Origin: a virus
Virus record (IMG/VR): IMGVR_UViG_3300045988_107080
DNA: 56,542 bases
Strand: one strand, 5' to 3'
The translations under genes were made by a program, and so were the position numbers. Position 1 is the first letter of the stretch. Every line of letters begins with the position of its first letter. Positions 39,544 through 48,415 of the stretch are shown one piece after another. The notes beneath the pieces are model-generated. The model was not told where the DNA came from, did not search any database, and worked only from the letters and a program-made list of their open reading frames with translations.

Positions 39544-40224
39544 ATGGCAAGACTTGTATGGGATCAGACCGGTGAGCATTTTTATGAAACCGGTGTAAAG
39601 CAGGGTGTTTTCTACCCTCAGACAAATGGCACATATACCAACGGTGTTGCTTGGAATGGCCTTACGGCTGTTACTGAAAGCCCGTCTGGAGCCGAGGCAA
39701 CTGCACTTTATGCAGACGATATTAAGTATCTGAGCCTTTATTCAACAGAGGAGTTTGGCGCTACTATTGAGGCATATACTTATCCGGAGGAGTTCGCTAA
39801 GTGCGACGGTTCGGCAGCGCTTGTTGACGGTGTTTATGTCGGTCAGCAGACTCGTAAGCCGTTTGGCCTGTGCTATAAGACCACGCTTGGTAACGATACT
39901 GATGGTAACGATCATGGCTATAAGCTTCATATTATTTATGGTGCAATGGCATCTCCTTCAGAGAAGGCATATGCTACTATAAATGATAGCCCCGAGGCAA
40001 TAACATTCTCTTGGGAGCTTACAACTACCCCTGTTAGCGTTTCTGGTATGAAGCCTACTGCTACAGTTGTTATTGATTCGACTAAGGCTGACGAAACTAA
40101 ACTCGCTGCTCTGGAGGATATCCTTTATGGCAAGGATCCGTCTACTAATGGCGGAAGTGATGGCGTAGAACCTCGCCTGCCTCTTCCGGATGAGATAAAG
40201 ACTCGCATGACGGCAGCAGGCTAA
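39544..40224 (+). CDS. major tail (tube) protein
   Basis: Start at the ATG after AAGGAGG. ARLVWDQTGEHFYETGVKQGVFYP...VAWNGLTAVTESPSGAE resembles Phage_tail_2-type tube proteins. A strong terminator follows. Confidence 0.6.
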   Translation: MARLVWDQTGEHFYETGVKQGVFYPQTNGTYTNGVAWNGLTAVTESPSGAEATALYADDIKYLSLYSTEEFGATIEAYTYPEEFAKCDGSAALVDGVYVGQQTRKPFGLCYKTTLGNDTDGNDHGYKLHIIYGAMASPSEKAYATINDSPEAITFSWELTTTPVSVSGMKPTATVVIDSTKADETKLAALEDILYGKDPSTNGGSDGVEPRLPLPDEIKTRMTAAG

Positions 40225-40244
40225 TAAAAACGAATTTATTTTAT

Positions 40245-40288
40245 GGGAACCGTATTCAGGGATATTGGCTGGCGGTTCCCTCTTTTTT
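40245..40288 (+). terminator. intrinsic terminator after the major tail gene
   Basis: GGGAACCG (40245-40252) pairs perfectly with CGGTTCCC (40273-40280), followed by TCTTTTTT. Confidence 0.8.
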
Positions 40289-40309
40289 AATTGAAAGGAG
40301 AAACTTATT

Positions 40310-40708
40310 ATGCTTAAAAAGACTATTACTTACACTGATTATAACGGAGTTGAGAGAACCGAAGACTTCTGGTTTAATCTGTCAAAGGCTGAAATTATGG
40401 AGATGGAAATGAGCACTTCTGGCGGTCTCGCTGAGATGATTCAGAAGATTGTTGCAGCCCAGGATGCACCGGCGATAATTAAGGTTTTCAAAGATCTTGT
40501 GCTTAAGGCATATGGCGAGAAGAGTCCCGATGGCAAGAGATTCATCAAATCAGAAGAGATCGCCACTTCGTTCTCACAGACAGAGGCGTACTCTAATCTA
40601 TTTATGGAACTTGCTACAGATGCTGATGCAGCAGCTAAGTTTGTGAACGGTATTATTCCCCAGGCTGATAGGACTGCTAATAATACTGTTGCACCTGCTG
40701 CGAAGTAA
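40310..40708 (+). CDS. tail assembly chaperone (putative)
   Basis: Position between the tube gene and the tape measure gene; small and acidic. Confidence 0.4.
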   Translation: MLKKTITYTDYNGVERTEDFWFNLSKAEIMEMEMSTSGGLAEMIQKIVAAQDAPAIIKVFKDLVLKAYGEKSPDGKRFIKSEEIATSFSQTEAYSNLFMELATDADAAAKFVNGIIPQADRTANNTVAPAAK

Positions 40709-40743
40709 AATATTAAATAGAAAACTAATGAGAGGCATGAGCT

Positions 40744-41286
40744 ATGCTTGAAATTACTATACCAGCTACCGAGTTGTGGGATGAAATAAATGAAGAATTC
40801 ATTACAACTAAAGAACAGACGTTAAGATTAGAGCATTCTCTTGTCTCTCTTTCAAAATGGGAATCAAAATGGTGCAAACCTTTTCTCTCAAAAACAAATA
40901 AAACGGATGAAGAAATGCTCGATTACGTCAGATGCATGACACTTACACAAAATGTCCATGACGAAGTATATAGATGCTTAACGGATGATAACATCCGTAA
41001 AATTTATGAATATATAGATGCTCCGATGACTGCTACTTGGTTTAACGATGATAAGACCAAAGGAACAAGTAGAGAACAGACTACATCAGAGCTAATTTAT
41101 TATTGGATGATAGCTTTAAACATTCCATTTGAATGCCAGAAATGGCATCTTAATCGTCTCCTTACTCTGATTAGAGTATGTAATATTAAGAATCAGCCTC
41201 CTAAGAAGATGAGTAAGAGAGACATCATGAGTCGAAACGCAGCACTTAATGCTGCTAGAAGAAATAAATTGCATACGAAAGGATGA
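40744..41286 (+). CDS. Gp15-like tail assembly protein (putative)
   Basis: LEHSLVSLSKWESKWCKPFL resembles the bacteriophage Gp15 family as I recall it. Confidence 0.4.
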   Translation: MLEITIPATELWDEINEEFITTKEQTLRLEHSLVSLSKWESKWCKPFLSKTNKTDEEMLDYVRCMTLTQNVHDEVYRCLTDDNIRKIYEYIDAPMTATWFNDDKTKGTSREQTTSELIYYWMIALNIPFECQKWHLNRLLTLIRVCNIKNQPPKKMSKRDIMSRNAALNAARRNKLHTKG

Positions 41287-41293
41287 AACGGTC

Positions 41294-41413
41294 ATGAACG
41301 AAGAAATCAAGAATGCTGAAACTCAGGAAGAGTTTGCGGAAGAGATTTTTGAAGAAGAGCTGTCACCTGAAGCTCTTGAAGAACTTTCAAATAATAAAGG
41401 AGATGAGGACTAA
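41294..41413 (+). CDS. 39-aa highly acidic peptide
   Basis: Hand translation: MNEEIKNAETQEEFAEEIFEEELSPEALEELSNNKGDED. TAATG junction with the amidase gene. Confidence 0.3.
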   Translation: MNEEIKNAETQEEFAEEIFEEELSPEALEELSNNKGDED

Positions 41414-42402
41414 TGGGATTTTCTAATAGCCCATTGGTTAATTATACCAAAATCTCACCTAATAAGAATATAAATCGAAATCACAAAATTGATACGATTA
41501 CAATTCATTGTGTCGTTGGTCAGTGTTCTGTCGAGACTATAGGAAATGTGTTTGCACCTAAAAGTAGACAGGCATCATCTAATTATGGAATAGGGCCGGA
41601 TGGAAGAATAGGCATGTATGTTGAAGAGAAGGATCGTTCTTGGTGCTCTTCTTCAGCTTCTAACGATCATCGTGCTGTAACTATTGAGGTTGCTTCAGAT
41701 AGGAAAGAGCCTTATGCGGTTACGGCTAAGGCTTATGCGTCGCTTATAAATCTTGTTGCTGATATATGTAAGAGAAACGGTATTAAGGAGCTTAAGTGGA
41801 AGGCTGACAAATCTCTCATTGGCCAGGTCGATAAGCAGAACATGACCGTTCATAGGTGGTTCTCTAATAAATCATGCCCCGGAACTTATCTTTATAATCA
41901 CATGGGGGATATAGCGGCAAAAGTAAATAAGAAACTCGGTGCAACAGGTCATAATACCGAACCCATAAAGGAAACCGCTTCCACTTCGAAGATAAAAGTA
42001 GGCAGCACAGTAAAAATCTCTAATGGAGCAACATATTACAACGGCAAGAAAGTCCCTGCCTGGGTAATTAAAAAGAACTGGATTGTCGACGAGGTTAAAG
42101 GCGACAGAGCCGTAATCGATAAGTCTGTTGATGGTGAAAACTCCATTTCAAGTGCAATTAATACAAAATTCCTTAGCGTAGTTAATGCTACAGTTAAACC
42201 AGCGGAAACAAATTTCAAACCATATACTGTTAAGATAACTGCTTCAGCACTTAATATTCGTAAGGGTCCTGGCATGAATTATAATATCGTCGGATGTATA
42301 AGCGATCGTGGTGTATATACGATTGTCGACGAATCTTCTGGTTGGGGGAAGCTCAAATCCGGTGCTGGTTGGATTGCGCTGAATTATACAAAACGAGTTT
42401 AA
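41413..42402 (+). CDS. N-acetylmuramoyl-L-alanine amidase (Amidase_2/PGRP-type) with two C-terminal binding domains
   Basis: IDTITIHCVVG...SSNYGIGPDGRIGMYVEE..RSW...NDHRAVTIEV. C-terminal SH3b-like YTVKITASALNIRKGPGMNYNIVG...GWGKL. Confidence 0.8.
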   Translation: MGFSNSPLVNYTKISPNKNINRNHKIDTITIHCVVGQCSVETIGNVFAPKSRQASSNYGIGPDGRIGMYVEEKDRSWCSSSASNDHRAVTIEVASDRKEPYAVTAKAYASLINLVADICKRNGIKELKWKADKSLIGQVDKQNMTVHRWFSNKSCPGTYLYNHMGDIAAKVNKKLGATGHNTEPIKETASTSKIKVGSTVKISNGATYYNGKKVPAWVIKKNWIVDEVKGDRAVIDKSVDGENSISSAINTKFLSVVNATVKPAETNFKPYTVKITASALNIRKGPGMNYNIVGCISDRGVYTIVDESSGWGKLKSGAGWIALNYTKRV

Positions 42403-42414
42403 GAGGTGTAGGCA

Positions 42415-42792
42415 ATGATAAGTTTCAGACAAAAGGGCGACTTTTCTAACTTGACTCGTTATTTGGAGAGAGCAAAAAATGTCACTAAAATTGGCGATCT
42501 TGACAAGTATGGTCGAGAGGGTGTAGCCGCCCTTGCGTCTGCGACACCTGTCGATTCTGGTTTAACCGCTAGTTCATGGTATTACAAGATCGAACATCAA
42601 AATGGATCTGTAACTATATCTTTTTATAACTCAAATGTTAATAAAGGAGTCCCGATCGCTATAATTTTACAATATGGTCACGGAACTCGGAATGGAGGCT
42701 GGGTAGAAGGGATAGATTATATCAATCCTGCAATCCAGCCTATTTTTGATAGAATTGCCGACGCTGCGTGGAAGGAGGTAACTAAAGCATGA
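42415..42792 (+). CDS. HK97 gp10-family tail/neck component
   Basis: ATPVDSGLTASSW...ILQYGHGT...INPAIQPIFDRI matches the gp10-family pattern. Confidence 0.5.
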   Translation: MISFRQKGDFSNLTRYLERAKNVTKIGDLDKYGREGVAALASATPVDSGLTASSWYYKIEHQNGSVTISFYNSNVNKGVPIAIILQYGHGTRNGGWVEGIDYINPAIQPIFDRIADAAWKEVTKA

Positions 42793-45700
42793 GCAAAACC
42801 ATTGATCAAAAAGTTGTTGAAATGCGATTTGATAATGCTCAGTTTGAAAAGAATGTTTCGACCAGCATGTCGACTCTTGATAAACTAAAGAGAAGTTTGA
42901 AACTCGATGGTGCAGCTAAAGGTTTGGAAAGTGTCAACGCTGCTGCTAAAAACTTTGACGTATCAAACGTTAGCAATGGCGTCGAAACGATAAAAGCAAA
43001 ATTCTCAGCATTGCAAGTTGTAGCCGCAACCGCTCTTGGTAATATTACTAATTCCGCAGTTAATGCTGGCAAAAGGATAGCTTCTGCTTTAACAATAGAA
43101 CCAATAAAAGCGGGTTTCAATGAGTATGAAACTCAGATGAATGCCGTTCAGACTATTTTGGCTAATACCCAAAAAGAGGGTACAAATGTTAAGATTGTCA
43201 ATAAAGCACTCGATGAACTTAATACTTATGCAGATAAGACGATATACAACTTCACCGAGATGACCCGTAATATTGGTACCTTTACTGCTGCAGGTGTTAA
43301 GCTTAACACGTCAGTTAGTTCAATTAAGGGTATCGCAAACTTAGCAGCTGTGTCAGGTTCATCATCCATGCAGGCATCTACAGCTATGTATCAGTTATCT
43401 CAGGCAATAGCATCTGGCACAGTTAGACTTATGGACTGGAACTCAGTTGTTAATGCTGGTATGGGTGGACAGGTATTTCAGGATGCACTTATACGAACCT
43501 CAGAGCATTTGAAGACTGGAGCAAAATCAGCTATTAAAGCAAATGGCTCCTTTAGAGAATCGTTGCAAACTGGATGGCTTACGACGGAAGTTCTTACTCA
43601 AACGCTTGATCAATTTGCGACGGCAGCGGATACGCAAGAAGAATATGAAGCTGCTATCAAAAAGTTTATTGATCAGGGCTATACTGCAGAACAAGCAAAA
43701 CAAATGGCTGATATGGCAAGAACTGCTGGCAATGCAGCTACAAAAGTTAAGACTTTTACACAGTTAATCAGCACTTTAAAAGAGGCTCTCGGTTCTGGAT
43801 GGGCTGCAACATGGAGATTGATAATAGGCGACTTTGAAGAGGCTAAGGAACTTTGGACGTCTGTTTCCGATGTACTTAGCGAAATGATTAATAACTCGTC
43901 AGAAGCTCGTAACAAAATCGTCGGAGATTGGGCTAAAGGCGGAGGCCGAACAATGCTCATAGAATCTCTCAAGAATTCTTTTGAGGGTTTGGTGAGTATT
44001 ATAAAGCCAATTAAAGAGGCCTTTAGTGAGATATTTCCTCCGATCACAGCTAAACAGTTAATCGAAATCACAGAGCGTATTCGAGATCTTACTTCGAAGT
44101 TTAAATTAAATAACAAGCAATCTGCTAAACTAAAATCAACATTTAAAGGTCTTTTCTCGGTTATAAAACTCGGCGTTAGCGTCGTGACAAAGATTGTTTC
44201 TGCAGTTGCTACGCTAGTCGGAAAGTTATTTGGCTTCACCGGTAGTGTTTTAAATATCACAGGATCTCTTGGAGATTTTATTAGTGGAATAGCAACATCA
44301 ATAACCAAAGCCAATTTATTTGGTAAGTCTGTAGATAAAATCACGGGTTTTCTCGGAAAAGCTATCGACAAAACAAAAGAGTTTACAGAAGCAATTACAA
44401 ATAAAATAAAACTTCCTAACTACTTTGATAAATTTGTTAATGTTATTAAGAAAATTGGAGAAGTAATAAGTAAAGTTGCTAAGAAAGTATCATCTGTTGC
44501 CTCTGGAATCGGTAAAGCTATTTGGGATATTTTTTTAAATGGCGGACTCGATAATTTAGTAGGTCTCGTTAATGGAGGCATATTCACTTCTGTTCTTTTA
44601 GATCTTAAAAAATTTGTAAAAGGTCTAAAAGATGTTAAGAAAGAATTAAAAGATAGCGGTAAAATAAAAGACGGCATAAAAAAAGTATTAGATGGCGTAA
44701 AAGATTGTCTTGAAGATTTTCAGAAAAATATAAAAGCTGGAACGATTCTTAAAATAGCAATTGCTGTAGCGGTCTTAGCAGCCGCTCTTCTCATTATATC
44801 TAAAGTTCCGGTAGAAAAATTAGGAGCGTCTCTCGGTGCTGTAACAGCTCTTTTTGGAGAAACTCTTGGTGCTCTCGCGTTATTTGAGAAGATCAATGGC
44901 GAGTATAACGGTGCATTTAGAGCTGTCAGTATTATAGTAGCGATGTCGCTGTCACTCCTGATTCTTGCTTCTGCTGTAAAGAAATTGTCTGATTTGGGCT
45001 GGGAAGGACTGGCCGAAGGAGTTATAGGCGTATCAGCTTTGATGTATGCACTTGTCGGTGCAGCTAAGCTTATGTCAAAAGGCGGAAAAGATATTTCTAA
45101 AGGTGCTTATCAGCTAGTCATAATGGCTGTAGCCCTTAAGTTAATGGCATCAGTATGTAAAGATTTGTCTAAACTCAGTTTGGAAGATTTAGGCAAAGGC
45201 GTCTCTAGTGTAGCTGTTATATTACTCGAATTTGCCGGTTTTGCCGCGTTAATGGAGCGTATAGATACCGATGAATTAATGAGGTCATCATTCTCTCTTA
45301 TTCTCATTGGTGTTGCCATGGAGATATTTGCTGACGCATGTGCCAAATTTGGAAATATGGAATGGGTCGATTTAGGAAAAGCAGGCGCTGCTATAGCAGG
45401 CATTTTACTAATCGCTTCTGGATTCGGGAAACTATCTGAATATTCTGGCGACATAGAAAAGAGCTCTATAGCGCTGATTCTTATCGGGGCAGCTATGGAG
45501 ATATTTGCTGATGTATGTACCAAATTCGGACAGTTAGAATGGGAGCAGTTGGCAAAAGCAGGGGCTGCAATTGCTGGCATATTAATGCTCGTAAACGACT
45601 TTAATTCTATATCTGAAGAATCTGGCGATGATATTATAAAATCCGCAATAAGTCTTGCTATAATTGGAGTAGCTCTCGAAATACTTCAGAATGCTCTTGG

Positions 45701-48413
45701 CAAGATGGGAAATATTTCTTGGGAAGAATACGGCAAGCAAATGGCTGTTCTTGGCGGATCTTTGGTAATACTGTCAATTGCTCTAAGGGCTATGAAGGAG
45801 TCTATTGCAGGCGCAGCTGCTCTAATAATTGCATCAGTCGCTTTAACTATATTGGCTGGAGCGCTTGCAATTCTAGGCGCTATGAGTTGGGGTTCTGTAA
45901 TAAAAGGACTCATTTCGATAGCAGGAACATTAGCAATTCTTGGTGTAGCCGGATATCTTCTTGAACCGGTAGTTCCTGTCATTGTTGCTCTTACCGGAGC
46001 CGTCGCGTTGTTTGGTCTTGGCTGTTTAGCTGCTGGAGCTGGTGTAGTAATATTGTCGGCAGGTTTGACTGCTTTATCAGGAGCATTAGTAGCGGCAGCG
46101 ACTGGTATAATTTCTGCGTTAACAATTATAGTTGTCGGGGTTTTTAAAATTCTCCCGTCAATCATAGAGGTGCTCACCGATACAATTGTAGTAATATGCG
46201 AGGTCATAACTAGAAGTGCTTCTGCAATTGGAAAAGCTTTGAAGACGCTTATTCTCGCGCTAGTTGATGTAATTGTCGAGTGTGTACCGGCAATAGCACT
46301 CGGTGCCCTCAAATTGCTACTAGGTGTATTAGAAGCGCTTGCTAAATATACTCCGCAGATAATAAATTTGCTATTTAAGTTTTTAATCGGATTACTTGAA
46401 GGAGTCGCTAAGAATCTTCCTCAACTTATTCAAGCTGCTGTCGATGTATTTATGTCATTTTTCTCTGGTGTTGTAGAAGCGCTTAAGAAAATAGATAAAG
46501 AAACTCTTATAAAAGGAATAGCCGCTGTTGGTATATTAGCAGCTTTGATGACAGCTCTTGCGGCAACAGCATTGCTTGCTCCGGCCGCTATGATCGGAGT
46601 ATTTGCGATGGGCACTATCGTAACAGAATTGGCGTTTGTTCTGGCTACTCTCGGTGGATTGGCTCAGATACCAGGATTAGAATGGTTCATTTCGCAAGGC
46701 GGAAACCTGTTGCAAAAAATAGGTACCGCTATCGGACAGTTTATCGGAGGTCTTATAGGCGGCATATCAAAAGGAATAACCAGTTCACTTCCAGAAATAG
46801 CGACAGATTTGTCAAACTTTATGACAAACCTTACGCCGTTTATAGATGGTGCAAAGCTGATCGACTCATCAGTACTTGAAAATGTCGGAACTCTTGCTAA
46901 AGTAATACTTCTTCTTACAGCGGCGGATATTGTTAACGGCATTGCTTCGTTTATAAGCGGAGGATCGTCGTTAGCAGGCTTTGCAGAGCAGTTGGTTCCT
47001 TTTGGTGAGGGAATGAAAAAATATGCTGCTGCTGTTAGTGGCATAAATGCCTCTGATATTCAAGCATCTGCAAATGCGGCTAAAGCGATTTCTGATGTAG
47101 CAAACGCTATTCCTAAAAGCGGCGGCTTAGCCCAGTTGATATTTGGAGGAAACGACCTTGGAGATTTTGCTACTAAACTTACTGACTTCGGCAGTGCTCT
47201 GAAGGGGTACGGTGAAGCTGTAACAGGCTTAAATGTCGAAGGAATTGCAAATTCAGTTATAGTTGCAAAAGGTTTGTCTGATGTAGCAAACGCTCTTCCA
47301 GAAACAGGTGTCATGCAGACATTATTTGGATCGAAGAATATTAGCTCATTTGGCGATAAGATCGCAAAGTTCGGCGAAAGTATGAAAAAATACAGCGAAT
47401 CTGTTTCTGGAATAAATGCTGCAAGTATTGCAGCTTCGGCAACAGCATTTAAGTCGCTTGTTAGCTTAGCTAAAGAATCAGAAGGAGTCGATTTCGGAAA
47501 TCTGAAATCGCTCGGAAAGAACCTTAAAAGTATAAGTAAATCAGCTGTTGATAAATTTATAAGCGCATTTAATGACTCAAGTTCGAAGGTATCTTCTGCC
47601 GGTAGTAAAATGACTGATTCTTTCATCAAGGGAGTTGAATCAAAAGAGTCGTTGCTTGTCGGTGTTGGAAAAAATATGGCTAGCAAATTTGCATCAGGCA
47701 TATCACAAAACACGAAAGCCATAAAAGACAGCTTTTCTGCAGTTCTTAAAGCTGCGATATCGTTGATAAAGTCTTATTACTCTCAGTTCCGTGAAGCTGG
47801 TAAGTATGCTGTTGATGGTTTTGCAGATGGTATTAGTGCTAATACCTACAAAGCTAGAGCTAAAGCTAAAGCGATGGCTGACGCTGCTTCGAAAGCAGCA
47901 AGAAAAGCTCTTGACGAGCGTTCGCCGTCGAAGGTGTTTTATGGAATTGGCGATTATGCAGGTGTCGCGTTTGTAAATGCACTTAAAGACCATACGACAA
48001 AAGCATATAAAGCAAGCTTTGAAATGGCATCTAAAGCTAAATCTGGTTTGAGTGATGCTGTAGCTAAGATTTCAGACGTTATCAATTCTGATATTGATGC
48101 ACAGCCGACTATCAGACCGGTTCTTGATCTCAGTGATGTTAGAGCCGGAGCCAGTTCAATAAGTAGAATGTTTGGTGCCAATCCGTCCATTGGCGTAATG
48201 TCAAATGTACGGGCAATTACTTCAATGATGAATGGAAATCAAAATGGAGGTAACGACGACGTTATTTCCGCAATAAAAGATCTAGGTAATAAGATATCTG
48301 GCAAGACTGGTGACACATATCAGATTAACGGAATTACTTATAATGATGATAGTAACGTTTCTGACGCTGTGGCCACTCTTGTTAGAGCTGTTAGAGTTGA
48401 AAGGAGGAGATAA
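42789..48413 (+). CDS. tape measure protein
   Basis: 1874 aa. N-terminal TMP-like region (YETQMNAVQTILANT), a long Ala/Gly/Ile-rich hydrophobic centre with ~58-aa internal repeats, and position upstream of Dit/Tal-like genes. Confidence 0.9.
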   Translation: MSKTIDQKVVEMRFDNAQFEKNVSTSMSTLDKLKRSLKLDGAAKGLESVNAAAKNFDVSNVSNGVETIKAKFSALQVVAATALGNITNSAVNAGKRIASALTIEPIKAGFNEYETQMNAVQTILANTQKEGTNVKIVNKALDELNTYADKTIYNFTEMTRNIGTFTAAGVKLNTSVSSIKGIANLAAVSGSSSMQASTAMYQLSQAIASGTVRLMDWNSVVNAGMGGQVFQDALIRTSEHLKTGAKSAIKANGSFRESLQTGWLTTEVLTQTLDQFATAADTQEEYEAAIKKFIDQGYTAEQAKQMADMARTAGNAATKVKTFTQLISTLKEALGSGWAATWRLIIGDFEEAKELWTSVSDVLSEMINNSSEARNKIVGDWAKGGGRTMLIESLKNSFEGLVSIIKPIKEAFSEIFPPITAKQLIEITERIRDLTSKFKLNNKQSAKLKSTFKGLFSVIKLGVSVVTKIVSAVATLVGKLFGFTGSVLNITGSLGDFISGIATSITKANLFGKSVDKITGFLGKAIDKTKEFTEAITNKIKLPNYFDKFVNVIKKIGEVISKVAKKVSSVASGIGKAIWDIFLNGGLDNLVGLVNGGIFTSVLLDLKKFVKGLKDVKKELKDSGKIKDGIKKVLDGVKDCLEDFQKNIKAGTILKIAIAVAVLAAALLIISKVPVEKLGASLGAVTALFGETLGALALFEKINGEYNGAFRAVSIIVAMSLSLLILASAVKKLSDLGWEGLAEGVIGVSALMYALVGAAKLMSKGGKDISKGAYQLVIMAVALKLMASVCKDLSKLSLEDLGKGVSSVAVILLEFAGFAALMERIDTDELMRSSFSLILIGVAMEIFADACAKFGNMEWVDLGKAGAAIAGILLIASGFGKLSEYSGDIEKSSIALILIGAAMEIFADVCTKFGQLEWEQLAKAGAAIAGILMLVNDFNSISEESGDDIIKSAISLAIIGVALEILQNALGKMGNISWEEYGKQMAVLGGSLVILSIALRAMKESIAGAAALIIASVALTILAGALAILGAMSWGSVIKGLISIAGTLAILGVAGYLLEPVVPVIVALTGAVALFGLGCLAAGAGVVILSAGLTALSGALVAAATGIISALTIIVVGVFKILPSIIEVLTDTIVVICEVITRSASAIGKALKTLILALVDVIVECVPAIALGALKLLLGVLEALAKYTPQIINLLFKFLIGLLEGVAKNLPQLIQAAVDVFMSFFSGVVEALKKIDKETLIKGIAAVGILAALMTALAATALLAPAAMIGVFAMGTIVTELAFVLATLGGLAQIPGLEWFISQGGNLLQKIGTAIGQFIGGLIGGISKGITSSLPEIATDLSNFMTNLTPFIDGAKLIDSSVLENVGTLAKVILLLTAADIVNGIASFISGGSSLAGFAEQLVPFGEGMKKYAAAVSGINASDIQASANAAKAISDVANAIPKSGGLAQLIFGGNDLGDFATKLTDFGSALKGYGEAVTGLNVEGIANSVIVAKGLSDVANALPETGVMQTLFGSKNISSFGDKIAKFGESMKKYSESVSGINAASIAASATAFKSLVSLAKESEGVDFGNLKSLGKNLKSISKSAVDKFISAFNDSSSKVSSAGSKMTDSFIKGVESKESLLVGVGKNMASKFASGISQNTKAIKDSFSAVLKAAISLIKSYYSQFREAGKYAVDGFADGISANTYKARAKAKAMADAASKAARKALDERSPSKVFYGIGDYAGVAFVNALKDHTTKAYKASFEMASKAKSGLSDAVAKISDVINSDIDAQPTIRPVLDLSDVRAGASSISRMFGANPSIGVMSNVRAITSMMNGNQNGGNDDVISAIKDLGNKISGKTGDTYQINGITYNDDSNVSDAVATLVRAVRVERRR

Positions 48414-48415
48414 GT

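Noticed and set aside
40310-41413. Canonical -1 programmed frameshift of the tail chaperone (G/GT)
   Set aside because: I found no slippery heptamer near the 3' end of 40310-40708 and no overlapping -1 frame extension. The next ORFs are separated by intergenic gaps and have their own RBSs. The acidic 39-aa ORF is in the +1 frame relative to 40744-41286, not the -1 frame.
43679-47722. Several 150-230-aa minus-strand ORFs inside the tape measure gene (43679-44371, 45110-45580, 45686-46312, 46664-47044, 47060-47722)
   Set aside because: These are artefacts of the Ala/Gly-rich repetitive TMP coding sequence. They have no RBSs and run against the uniform + strand gene flow.
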